Source: Bdellovibrionota bacterium
GTDB lineage: Bacteria; Bdellovibrionota_G; JALEGL01; DATDPG01
NCBI GenBank assembly: GCA_035292885.1
Contig: DATDPG010000189.1
Coordinates: 2,722 to 66,721, forward strand
Direction: 5' to 3'
DNA: 64,000 nucleotides
How positions within the stretch are numbered: position 1 is the first letter of the stretch; every line of letters begins with the position of its first letter. The translations under genes and the position numbers were made by a program. The notes under the pieces were generated by a model. That model ran no database searches. It had not been told where the DNA came from and saw only the letters and a program-made list of their open reading frames with translations. Positions 26,968 through 36,261 of the stretch are shown here, one piece after another.

Positions 26968-27810
26968 GTGAAAATCTTTGGTATTGGTCTGAGTAAGACA
27001 GGAACTTCTAGTCTTTCGCGTGCACTCGAAATCCTAGGATTCAGTTGCATTCATTTCCCAAGCTCACTACGACAAATTGAGAAATATGACGCCAGCACAG
27101 ATACTCCCGTTGCTCTCAATTTCCGTCAACTTGATCACCGCTTTCCCAATAGTCGCTTCATCTTTACACCGCGCGAGAAAGTCGAATGGCTTTCTTCATG
27201 CGAACAGATGTGGCGACGACGACAGAAGCTCTACGACCAGGATATTTTCATCACCGGAATCCACCGTGCATTATATGGCGGGAAACAATTTGACAGAAAA
27301 AAATGGTCCTCTGCCTATGATAGACACGACATCTTGGTGCGTCAGTATTTCAAGGGACGCCCTAAAGACCTCTTGATCCTTAATATTTTTCGTGTGAAGA
27401 ACCCATGGATTCCACTTTGCAGATTTCTCGGTGTTCCAATTCCTGATGTCTCATTCCCAAGAGTGAATGACAGCCCGTCGATTGACGCAATTATTTTGCG
27501 ATTGCTCAAGTCAACAGGTCATCCGGCGCTTGTTGCTCGTGCTTGCCTTGTTCCACAGGAATACGTTCGACACTTGGCGAGCCAAACTAGAATGCAGCAT
27601 AATCAAGTCGCGTCTGCCGACAAAATCACCCGCGGTTGGGAAGTTTACCTTATGCTAACAAATATAGTGAAAGAGTTCGGATCTAGGAGGATAGCGGCTC
27701 TGAAACTAGGAGTTTCAATAAGAGAATTGAGTCGTTTGCAACGACTTGCGCCATCACCAACACATCAGCCTAAAGAAAGATCCACCACTTCTGTTTCCTC
27801 TAAGCGATAA
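26968..27810 (+). CDS. PAPS-dependent sulfotransferase-family protein
   Basis: The N-terminal 5'-PSB-like loop 'IFGIGLSKTGTSSLSRALEILGF' is typical of the Sulfotransfer_4-type family. It sits next to PAPS-synthesis genes. Confidence 0.65.
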   Translation: MKIFGIGLSKTGTSSLSRALEILGFSCIHFPSSLRQIEKYDASTDTPVALNFRQLDHRFPNSRFIFTPREKVEWLSSCEQMWRRRQKLYDQDIFITGIHRALYGGKQFDRKKWSSAYDRHDILVRQYFKGRPKDLLILNIFRVKNPWIPLCRFLGVPIPDVSFPRVNDSPSIDAIILRLLKSTGHPALVARACLVPQEYVRHLASQTRMQHNQVASADKITRGWEVYLMLTNIVKEFGSRRIAALKLGVSIRELSRLQRLAPSPTHQPKERSTTSVSSKR

Positions 27811-27967
27811 AGAAAAGGTTCGATTTGATGGAGCCACACCCCACCATTGTGATCAGGGGGTAACGCAACGTAAACGGTCAAGAAATGACGACGCAGTTCA
27901 ATCAACACAGCAGAAACCAGCCGTAGGCAGGAATCCTCGTTGGGAAAGGTCGTCGCGCACGAAGTTA

Positions 27968-29659
27968 TCAAGAGAACAGTTCATAAAGCTCTTCTGGTAG
28001 GTTCTCAAGAACTGCCCTTTTAAAACGGATACCCAAGGGTGCTTTTTGGGGATTCACAACTCCAGCTTTTAAGTCAGTATACCAAGGAAAAGCGTCCATT
28101 TTTAGGGCCTTCAGGTGAATGCCCTTTAACTTATGGAGAAACACGGATGCCGAAAACTTGGTTATTAGTTGCTTGTCCTTTGATTCGTATATCCCTTTTT
28201 CTTTTCTAAATCTCTCCATCAATTGATGTAACAACTCAAGATTCTCCTGTATCAATCTTAATGCATCGCGACTAATTAGCATAAACTCAGTATCCAACAT
28301 CCAAAATTTCGATGGATTTATCTTTAGGTCTCTCAAGGTTTGGTCGAGCCATTCTCTTGAGAAAGGAAAAGTGATAACTTTAGCTCCCCAGGCCTTTTGT
28401 ATTCCAGGAATCCACTGCTCATGGGGAATACTAACTATGGAAATTTTCCCCGGCTTTAGCGCCGATAATAAATCAGGTCGTGTTAAGATCACATTGGAAT
28501 TCATCAACACAATCGAACCAATAGGCAATGAATTCGGTAGATTAAGAATGGTGCTGTTTTCAAGAGTTTTTGAATAATGTACGCACTCGTTTGCTTCTTC
28601 ATCTTGTAAGAAAGATAGGTCGAGTCCACGGCATGCTTTTGCTGGAATCACGAAAGTGATGTCTTGGTTTTTAGGAAATGCCTTCTTGATGTAGCGATAT
28701 GTTGCTTTCATGGGAAGTACTTCGCGATCCTCTTCCGAACCGACAATTCTAAAGGTGGTCGACACATCTGAACGACCATGGGAAGTGGTCTTCTTTGTTG
28801 GAGACGATTTTATTAACGCACCAAAAAGTATCTTTCTTATTTCGTTCGCGGTTTTTTCGCTTGTTTGAGGCCTTTCTCCGTAATAAAGTTCGCGCAAAAA
28901 CACCGCGTAATGATGCGACAAAGTATGCATCACTACTCCCCAGTCCTTCACAGCACCAGCCAAATATTCGAAATACCACGGCACTTTCTCTTTTGGCAGC
29001 TGAGCATATGTCAACCCCGGGATGCTTCCAATCAGAAGGCTACCCGCGATCTCGTCTCGCAAATGCCAATTATCGCACGGGTACTGTTCTCTATTCTCCT
29101 CAAACCGGCTGATCATCCTAAAAAGGAAAGGAAGATTTTCGGCCACTTTCAAGTGTGTTTTATTCTGAAAGAGCATGACACCGGTATTAAATACAGGTGT
29201 CACTGGAATATTCATGCTGGAAGCGAAAGCGCAAAATTTTTCAGGATCGATTTGCCGGCGTTGAAGGAAGTTTGCATAGTATTCCAAAGAGTGATTAAAC
29301 GAAGTTCCAACTTCCTTCCGAGCCAGAAAATCTGCTCTAATCGGCAAACTGAAAAGCCGTTGGACATCTGCAGACGCGAAGGTGTCTGCATCAAGAAACA
29401 GGACTTCATCGGCATCCAGTTTTTGAAGACTCGTCCATTTTAAGAAGGTCAGCATATCTTGAGGCACATTTGCACAACTTTCCAAGTGCGCCAGCTTGCC
29501 AAGACTTTTTAACGAACCATCGGGTATTGAAGAACCATAAATAAAAACAACGATAGGAATCGTTGAGTTATATTTTCTGACGGATTCCACGCTACGCTGA
29601 ACCATTCGGATATATATGGGATTATCATTGATTGCGTAATAAAGGAGCGATCTGTTCAT
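27968..29659 (-). CDS. GT8-like nucleotide-diphospho-sugar glycosyltransferase-family protein
   Basis: 'VLFLDADTFASADV' (DxD) and 'NTGVMLFQN'. The second half seems to repeat a similar fold. Confidence 0.5.
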   Translation of the reverse strand: MNRSLLYYAINDNPIYIRMVQRSVESVRKYNSTIPIVVFIYGSSIPDGSLKSLGKLAHLESCANVPQDMLTFLKWTSLQKLDADEVLFLDADTFASADVQRLFSLPIRADFLARKEVGTSFNHSLEYYANFLQRRQIDPEKFCAFASSMNIPVTPVFNTGVMLFQNKTHLKVAENLPFLFRMISRFEENREQYPCDNWHLRDEIAGSLLIGSIPGLTYAQLPKEKVPWYFEYLAGAVKDWGVVMHTLSHHYAVFLRELYYGERPQTSEKTANEIRKILFGALIKSSPTKKTTSHGRSDVSTTFRIVGSEEDREVLPMKATYRYIKKAFPKNQDITFVIPAKACRGLDLSFLQDEEANECVHYSKTLENSTILNLPNSLPIGSIVLMNSNVILTRPDLLSALKPGKISIVSIPHEQWIPGIQKAWGAKVITFPFSREWLDQTLRDLKINPSKFWMLDTEFMLISRDALRLIQENLELLHQLMERFRKEKGIYESKDKQLITKFSASVFLHKLKGIHLKALKMDAFPWYTDLKAGVVNPQKAPLGIRFKRAVLENLPEELYELFS

Positions 29660-29829
29660 GCGTTCTTTTCTAGCCTAACTTTATTAGGATGTGACAATCT
29701 TAGCGATTGATCATAGCCAGGACCATTATCCTAGTGACCTTTCCCCAATAAATCGAGCCACCGTATTTTCTCAAACACTACAATTTCTTCCAAAATGAAC
29801 TTGTCCCAACGGAATTCGGGACACGTTCT

Positions 29830-31149
29830 CTAGCTTACAACAATGTTCGAAACCAATACGTGCGGGCCCCCTCGCCCTGAACGGTGCAAGAACTGATTAC
29901 CAAAAAGACATCCACCGTCAGCGACCCATATTGCGTCTCTTGCCACACCTTGAATCGCTAAAGCTGTGGAGGCGATACTTCCCCTAAGTATGGGGCCGAT
30001 CACCGGCTTCCCAAGTTGTCCGTTCTTAATCTCATAGCCATACTGGCATTGGATTTGAAATATCGTTCCAGTGGTCACAGCTCCAAGCGTACCGACCAGA
30101 TAGAAGCCGTTCCTGACCGCTGCGATCAGCTCATCCGGGGCGGCCGTGCCGGGCATCATTCGAATGTTCATCATTCTCGTTATCGGCCAATACCGGAAAT
30201 CCCGTGCGCGACCTCGTCCATTGGGCTCGGTCTTAAAGGCGAAAGCCGTCTCAAAGGTATGTAGCATATTTTGGACCACGCCTTCGCGCACAAGCGTAAC
30301 TTTGCCGGCAGTTAATCCTTCCTCATCAAACGGAAGATGATCGATAACTGACGTCTCGTCCGGGACATCCTCAATCGCGACCTCCACGGAGGAGATTTTA
30401 TTGCCGTGTACCAGTGACCCCAGGCGTGAATACCGATCGGCCTCGCAGGAATGTCCGAACATTTCGTGAATGAGCACGGCGGTCACCGTCGGATGCAATA
30501 CGACATCGCACGTTACGTCCCGTTCCAAGGTGTCGGCATCTTGTAAAGTGCCACACACTTTTTCTGTGTCCTCCGTTTCGCGCCTTAAATCTTCTTCCTG
30601 CGGATCAAAGACGAAGCGTCGTAGGTGTAGAGAGGTTCTCTTCAGTCGTTGCCGCCGCTCAATCGTAACAACGCGAACAAGTTCCAAGCGTGATTTTCTA
30701 AATCCGAGATTATTTTCGAATTCGATCTGTCTCGCCTCCCAAAAGAAACGGAACGACATGGTTTTGTCCGCCAAAACATGGGCCGCTTCAACAAGGGTCG
30801 TAGGAATTTTAACGGGTTCGAAGTTGTTTTCGAAGAGGCACTCCCTGTTCGCCTCTCGCTCCCACCTCTCTCTAACGAACCGGGCGAAAGCGGCGTCCTT
30901 GGGAATTGTTGTTGACCTGTCCGGTACAATATCAAATCCGGTTCTTCCAGCGACGCGGAAAATGTGCCCGCTCCGCTCTGAGCGAATCGAATTTTCTATT
31001 TTCCCCTCGCGCACATAAAAAGTATGCGAAGAGAGGTTCTCGCGGCGTACGTCGATGTACCCCTCACTCCGGAGCCGTTTTTCCATGAGCCCGTAATTCG
31101 GATCTCTATCTACCATCTCATCTCCGGGACAAAGATGTGGGGGAACCAA
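29830..31149 (-). CDS. tldD: TldD-family zinc metallopeptidase
   Basis: 'LIHEMFGHSCEAD' matches the HExxxH TldD motif. The Gly-rich C-terminal beta region ends in 'GGPHVLVSNIVV'. The start is ambiguous (M1, M12 or M22). Confidence 0.75.
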   Translation of the reverse strand: MVPPHLCPGDEMVDRDPNYGLMEKRLRSEGYIDVRRENLSSHTFYVREGKIENSIRSERSGHIFRVAGRTGFDIVPDRSTTIPKDAAFARFVRERWEREANRECLFENNFEPVKIPTTLVEAAHVLADKTMSFRFFWEARQIEFENNLGFRKSRLELVRVVTIERRQRLKRTSLHLRRFVFDPQEEDLRRETEDTEKVCGTLQDADTLERDVTCDVVLHPTVTAVLIHEMFGHSCEADRYSRLGSLVHGNKISSVEVAIEDVPDETSVIDHLPFDEEGLTAGKVTLVREGVVQNMLHTFETAFAFKTEPNGRGRARDFRYWPITRMMNIRMMPGTAAPDELIAAVRNGFYLVGTLGAVTTGTIFQIQCQYGYEIKNGQLGKPVIGPILRGSIASTALAIQGVARDAIWVADGGCLFGNQFLHRSGRGGPHVLVSNIVVS

Positions 31150-32621
31150 CCAGCTGCCATAAGGTTACCATCTTTCAAGACGATCGCGGATCGATCAATG
31201 AGGCCGAGGAAGCTCCCGGGTCTCGAGGTCGTGCTCTGGGAAGAAACTCGCCTTTTCCCGGACCAATAGGCGGCATGTTTTCCATGTTGGTATATTTCCC
31301 CTATTAAACTCACCGTGCTGGGCATATTACCGGCGCCCGAGAGTTGGCTGAATGGAATCGGAATTTGAGTCAGAAGCAAGACCTGATCGTGGTCGGTAAG
31401 AATGTCGGAAGAACGGGCCTCTCCGGGTCGAAGCATGAGATTGGAGGGATGGCATGACGGCGGACGATCGGAAGAAGGCTCAAAAAACGGGCCGCGGCGA
31501 AAACCGTTTCCCGTGCTTTTTGTAAGATGTTCGTGGGCCGTCGCAAGATCGGAAAAAGGTGTCACGCGATCGGGTCCGTAACAAATGGTCTTGCGGCTAG
31601 TGGGTGTGCCTTCATCGTCAAATGGCGCACTGCGATATCCCCCGTTTAAGTAAGGCTCATCGATGAGTTGGAAGGCATCCGGAAGGACCGAGAACATGCT
31701 TGTGTCCCATTTCAGACCCAAGCGAGCTGCGCCCGCTATGATACAGCAGATTGTTTCTACGACTCGAGGAGACAGCAGAACGGGCAGGGAACCTTGAAGA
31801 TTTTGCAGGAATGAAGCCGGTTTCCCCATCCTAACAAGACGATTTTCTATAGAATCCGCAAGATCCTCAAAATCAACAGGGACATAATTCCAAATGTTGG
31901 AATGTGTGTTCAAGGTGCGATCTTTAAAAAGAACGATCGTGCGCATGAACGTTTTTTCGTAACGACCTTTAACGCCATGGCTATTCACGAGCGCGGTCTT
32001 GGAATGATCTTGTTCAAAATGGAGAATTACGTCCAGGTTAGGCCACTTTTGCCCGAGTTTCCGTTGATATTCTTCTGATCGTCTCAGGAGTTCTGACGAG
32101 CTACGGTATTCGCCTCCATCAAAGTTCGCGCCGATTTGCATAAGATCCCTCTCGGGGCTATTGAGTGAAAACGAACTTATCTCGCTTTCATCGATGGACG
32201 GAGCGATTATCCGTCCCTTTAGCTTATCGCGATCATCGGCGCATATCGAAAATCGATGTAACCTTTGCTTTCGGATGCCGGTGAACATTAAGCTGTGAGT
32301 ACGAACCTCTCGCAGCGGACCCCTGTCTTCACTAGAGCTGGAAACATGAAGTCGCTCTTCAAAAAGAGACAGGACTTCGATTTCATCGAAAGAAGCGGAA
32401 AGCGTCCGAACAAAATGTCCCAATTCTTCCGTCGAAAATTCTTCCATGAAACCGAGTGATCGTAACATGCCGATGAAAAAACTATACTTTACTTGACCTT
32501 CAAAATCGTCGGGTACTATTTGATCTAACTGGGATATGTCGCAACTAAGGCGAGTTTTGGGCTTGCAGCTTCTGTGTAAGTTGCAGCCGATTGCTAGACC
32601 GCACGAAACCACTAAGCGCAT
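31110..32621 (-). CDS. PmbA/TldE-like partner of TldD (TldD/PmbA family, no HExxxH)
   Basis: Its length and position immediately upstream of tldD fit a TldE partner. It also has a C-terminal Gly-rich region. The start is uncertain, and M52 would remove the overlap with the upstream gene. Confidence 0.55.
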   Translation of the reverse strand: MRLVVSCGLAIGCNLHRSCKPKTRLSCDISQLDQIVPDDFEGQVKYSFFIGMLRSLGFMEEFSTEELGHFVRTLSASFDEIEVLSLFEERLHVSSSSEDRGPLREVRTHSLMFTGIRKQRLHRFSICADDRDKLKGRIIAPSIDESEISSFSLNSPERDLMQIGANFDGGEYRSSSELLRRSEEYQRKLGQKWPNLDVILHFEQDHSKTALVNSHGVKGRYEKTFMRTIVLFKDRTLNTHSNIWNYVPVDFEDLADSIENRLVRMGKPASFLQNLQGSLPVLLSPRVVETICCIIAGAARLGLKWDTSMFSVLPDAFQLIDEPYLNGGYRSAPFDDEGTPTSRKTICYGPDRVTPFSDLATAHEHLTKSTGNGFRRGPFFEPSSDRPPSCHPSNLMLRPGEARSSDILTDHDQVLLLTQIPIPFSQLSGAGNMPSTVSLIGEIYQHGKHAAYWSGKRRVSSQSTTSRPGSFLGLIDRSAIVLKDGNLMAAGWFPHIFVPEMRW

Positions 32622-34647
32622 GATCTCTTTCTTTGCCGGTCAGGAGTTCTTCGGCCTTTCGATATGCGTTTCGCGCCTTATCTGACTGCTTCATTTGAGT
32701 ATATGCATCGCCTAGAGCCTCCATCAAGAGCGATCGGGCATCCGGTTTTGTCGCGGCCTTTTCGAGTAACGGGATGGCCCGAGAGACTTGGCCTTGCCGC
32801 AGGTAGACAACGCCGAGATTTCCATGGAGTTCTCCTTGTTCCGGCCATATTTCTAATCCGCGCTTTAGGATCTCCTCGGCCTGTTCCAATCGACCTTCGT
32901 ACACGTATTGTTCACCGAGAAAGGGCACAATATAAGAATAAGAATTTCCCTCGTCTATCTCGCCGAGCTTTTCAAGTAAGGCCCGAGCGCGCTCTCGCTT
33001 CTTGTGCGATATCAAAACCCAGGCCTCGACCATCTTCATTTCTGGACTTGGCCAATCTCGGAGTCCTTCTTGGAGCAATTGCTCCCGTGAAGGGAGGTCC
33101 CGGTATTGGGCTGAGATTCTCACAACCGCGCCGAAATAAAGGTCCTCAAAGTTTGACCTGTCGTCGGTCAAGACAGGTGTGTCTGAGTTATCTTGGAACT
33201 CCAAAGTATTCATTTGAATGCCTCGGAGAGCGTGCCAAAGGCACTTCCGTTCATCCCGTAAATTCACCGAGTACGTCAGTTCGAGGGGCTTGAGCTGTCT
33301 TAGAATGTGGTCGAGGTTCCATGGCACACTGGCCCCGATCAAAATAAAGCTTCCTGGAAAATCGGTAATCACGAACACCTTCGGAAAGACACTTTTTAAA
33401 ACGCGGGCCACCGCCTTTGCGGTTCCGTTGAATGGATAGGCAAGATTCATGGCCACAACGCCGTTTTTTGAAAGATGTTGTTTGATCTCCTGAAAAAATT
33501 CGAGGGTCGATAGGTGGTAAGGCGCGTTGGCCCCGTTATAGGTATCAATCGCGATGAAATCATACTTCTCCGTATTCTTTTGAAGAAACTGGCGAGCGTC
33601 CTCCTCAAAAATGCGCATCTTGGGGTCTGCAACAAAGTTAAAATATTGATGGGCAAAGGCCACAACCTGAGGATCGATTTCAACGAGATCAATTTGCGAG
33701 GGAAATAGCGTGCGCCAGCCTATGGCGAGTGTTCCTCCGCCCAGGCCGAGCATAAGCAGTTTTTGAGGTGGTTCTTCAAGAATGAACGGGAGAAGCGTGA
33801 TCTTGGCGATATAGGAGTTTTCATAGGGATATTTAGCATGGGGATCGAAACGCGATTGGCCCCCACCTTCATTGATTTTCAGATTGATCACCGGCGTTTT
33901 GTCATACCAGCTGCGTTTAGCGTGGCGAACCTGTATGTTACTGTACAGAGACTCCTTTTCTGCGATCAGATCTGGGTCAGGCGTTTTCATTTCAGGTAAG
34001 CCACATAGCGGTAAGAGAAAGATCAGAAGACCATACTGCCGACCTGTCTGTATAAGCCCGACGAGAACGCTAAGAATCAAGAAAACATAATTGAAAGCGA
34101 TCGTATTCTTGACCCCCAGGTGGGGGATGAGAAGAAAAGTAGTAACAAACACGCCCGCCAAACTTCCCACTGTAGAAATGGAATAGATGGTACCCGCCGT
34201 AGCACCCACGTGCCCCTTCGTGACGAGAATCCGAATAATGTAAGGAGAAACCATGCTTAAGGGTACAAGCGGAATTCCGAGCACAATGATCGTGGAAAGA
34301 AGAGATCCTTCAATAATACCGAGTGGCCCAATCGCCACGAGCAGTTTTCGATGAAATACGATCAAGAAAAGCAGCCAGAAGCTTGTCACACCCATAGTCA
34401 AGTACAACACCTTCGAGGTTGGGTACTTGTCCGCAAGCTTTCCACCCCAGAAATATCCAACCGAAAGGGCGAGCATAACAACCCCAAGCAAACTGCCGCT
34501 CACATACACCGAGGTCCCAAAATGAGGAGCCAACAGACGAAAGCCGAGGGTTTCAAGACTCATGATTACGAAACCGCCGACAAAACAAGTTAATTTCAGC
34601 ACAATGTCGCCCATCGCGGTAGTCGTGTGGATATTCACCTGATTCAT
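32545..34647 (-). CDS. Fused polytopic membrane / spermidine-synthase-like aminopropyl- or methyltransferase with C-terminal TPR repeats
   Basis: About 7 TM segments, then 'LLMLGLGGGTLA' (SAM-type GxGxG) and 'DFIAIDTYNG', then a TPR-like C-terminus. The start was set to 'MNQVNIH' (M74 of the tracked ORF). Confidence 0.7.
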   Translation of the reverse strand: MNQVNIHTTTAMGDIVLKLTCFVGGFVIMSLETLGFRLLAPHFGTSVYVSGSLLGVVMLALSVGYFWGGKLADKYPTSKVLYLTMGVTSFWLLFLIVFHRKLLVAIGPLGIIEGSLLSTIIVLGIPLVPLSMVSPYIIRILVTKGHVGATAGTIYSISTVGSLAGVFVTTFLLIPHLGVKNTIAFNYVFLILSVLVGLIQTGRQYGLLIFLLPLCGLPEMKTPDPDLIAEKESLYSNIQVRHAKRSWYDKTPVINLKINEGGGQSRFDPHAKYPYENSYIAKITLLPFILEEPPQKLLMLGLGGGTLAIGWRTLFPSQIDLVEIDPQVVAFAHQYFNFVADPKMRIFEEDARQFLQKNTEKYDFIAIDTYNGANAPYHLSTLEFFQEIKQHLSKNGVVAMNLAYPFNGTAKAVARVLKSVFPKVFVITDFPGSFILIGASVPWNLDHILRQLKPLELTYSVNLRDERKCLWHALRGIQMNTLEFQDNSDTPVLTDDRSNFEDLYFGAVVRISAQYRDLPSREQLLQEGLRDWPSPEMKMVEAWVLISHKKRERARALLEKLGEIDEGNSYSYIVPFLGEQYVYEGRLEQAEEILKRGLEIWPEQGELHGNLGVVYLRQGQVSRAIPLLEKAATKPDARSLLMEALGDAYTQMKQSDKARNAYRKAEELLTGKERDHALSGFVRSSNRLQLTQKLQAQNSP

Positions 34648-34734
34648 AGCAGCTGATCCTACTTTTGTTTTCCTGAAAATCCTAATTCCACGTGGCAAGG
34701 CCGGTGCAATTGCGTTTGCAACCATGGTAATCAG

Positions 34735-36261
34735 ATGAGACAATTGCACGAACGGTCCAAGTTGTTGAGTGGCCAGACCGGGAAACACCCCTTGATTGAC
34801 CGAGATTCTATAAAGATCTCCCGTTTTTCTCTGGCCTCCGAACTGGATGGCGGAAGATCGTTTCATTCAACGCATCGAATTGTTTGGGGGAGAAGTCAAA
34901 TTATCCTCGAGAATGAAATCCGCTGGAACTCAGGGGGGATTCGTCAAAGACACGACAGTCGGACCGTCTTGCGCCGGGACGACCTTCGCTTTCTTTCCCT
35001 TCGGGGGGTCTTTCAGCTCTTCAACGTACCGAACCATGAAATAGCGATACGCCCCGATGAATATGGCCTGGTTTCAGAGCACCGAATCAGGAAGAAGCGT
35101 TGGACGGAGACCTATAGGGGCACCGACCCATCTATCGTTCCTTATATCCCTCACGGATTCGCGGAGGTCGTCTTTCTGGCATCTCGTCTTGATTGGGGAA
35201 AAATGGACCCCCAAATCTTTCCTGTGCTTCCCATCAATGTTTCAAGGGAATTCGGCGCAGATCGGTTCTATTTCGTTTTCAAGGTACTTGAAAACACGTT
35301 TCCCCGAGGCAAGGTGTATCTCGTATGTGTGTATCGGTCCCCTTTTGGCGTGACGCGGGGTTCCCCGAACGCCGTGCTTACCATCGACCGCTCTGCATGG
35401 GTACCTGTGCGTGTTGGCGAGGATCCGAAGCTCGTTGAGTCAGGAATGCTTTCGTTTCCTCGTCGGTGGGATTTGAGGTTGCCTCGGTTTCGCCCGAAAG
35501 ATCGAACGTTCGTTTTGAAACCTGTAATAAGCGTTCAGAAGCCGATTGAGTTGTCACTCTGGACAACGGAAACCAAAAAAAGCAAAAGGAATCTTGTTCT
35601 TCTGTTCGATCTGGTTCGAGTCGTCGACCAGCATGTGTTCGGTACGCATCTCGATCGCAACTTCGTTCGCGGTCGCTTTGAAGACTGTGGTTTCGGAGTT
35701 CTGGAGTTCCGCGAGCTTTTGGGGTACTGCCCGATTTTCGGCACCGAGAAAACAACTGGCGACTTCGACTCCATTCGAAAATCTGTCTTGGCTCTCTGGC
35801 GAAAACTACCTAAGGCGAGGCGGTCGTCGATTGTTTTACTTTGCCTTGAGGAGAACTGTTTCTTGGCTCCCCGGATTCTTGCGGACCAACCGGACCGCCC
35901 GTTTTTAGTTTTAATCAATCCTTTTTGGACTACGCTTGCCAACTGGGCTCGCAACTTTGAAAGCGATCAACGGGTGCGGAACGAATTGAAACTTGAGGAT
36001 CCGGAGGAAACTCTTCCCGTCCTCCTCCGGCAGTACGCGAGACCCGTCCTGGCCATTGGCCGAAATTCGCCGACCACGATTCCTGTGAACGTGACGTTTC
36101 GAAAAAGTGGCTTTCGAGGGCGTTTCTTAAATCATATAGGGATTCCCACTCGCCACGGCCAACCCGGCTTCGAATACATGGCGGAGCCTTGGGCGGAAAG
36201 GCCGATGCGCGAAGTCATCCAGTGGCTTGAAAATCAATTCGATTTATCGGGCTCGAAATAG
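34735..36261 (+). CDS. Hypothetical protein (508-aa ORF, start uncertain)
   Basis: A 1.5-kb open frame with no competing long ORF on the other strand. I recognise no motif. It is convergent with the LanB-like gene and overlaps it by 28 nt. Confidence 0.5.
   Translation: MRQLHERSKLLSGQTGKHPLIDRDSIKISRFSLASELDGGRSFHSTHRIVWGRSQIILENEIRWNSGGIRQRHDSRTVLRRDDLRFLSLRGVFQLFNVPNHEIAIRPDEYGLVSEHRIRKKRWTETYRGTDPSIVPYIPHGFAEVVFLASRLDWGKMDPQIFPVLPINVSREFGADRFYFVFKVLENTFPRGKVYLVCVYRSPFGVTRGSPNAVLTIDRSAWVPVRVGEDPKLVESGMLSFPRRWDLRLPRFRPKDRTFVLKPVISVQKPIELSLWTTETKKSKRNLVLLFDLVRVVDQHVFGTHLDRNFVRGRFEDCGFGVLEFRELLGYCPIFGTEKTTGDFDSIRKSVLALWRKLPKARRSSIVLLCLEENCFLAPRILADQPDRPFLVLINPFWTTLANWARNFESDQRVRNELKLEDPEETLPVLLRQYARPVLAIGRNSPTTIPVNVTFRKSGFRGRFLNHIGIPTRHGQPGFEYMAEPWAERPMREVIQWLENQFDLSGSK

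Noticed and set aside
34648-34866. 73-codon N-terminal extension of the spermidine-synthase-like ORF, overlapping the 34735 ORF
   Set aside because: The extension is not hydrophobic and lacks homology-like features. 'MNQVNIH...' directly precedes the first TM segment. Start assignment remains uncertain for both overlapping ORFs.
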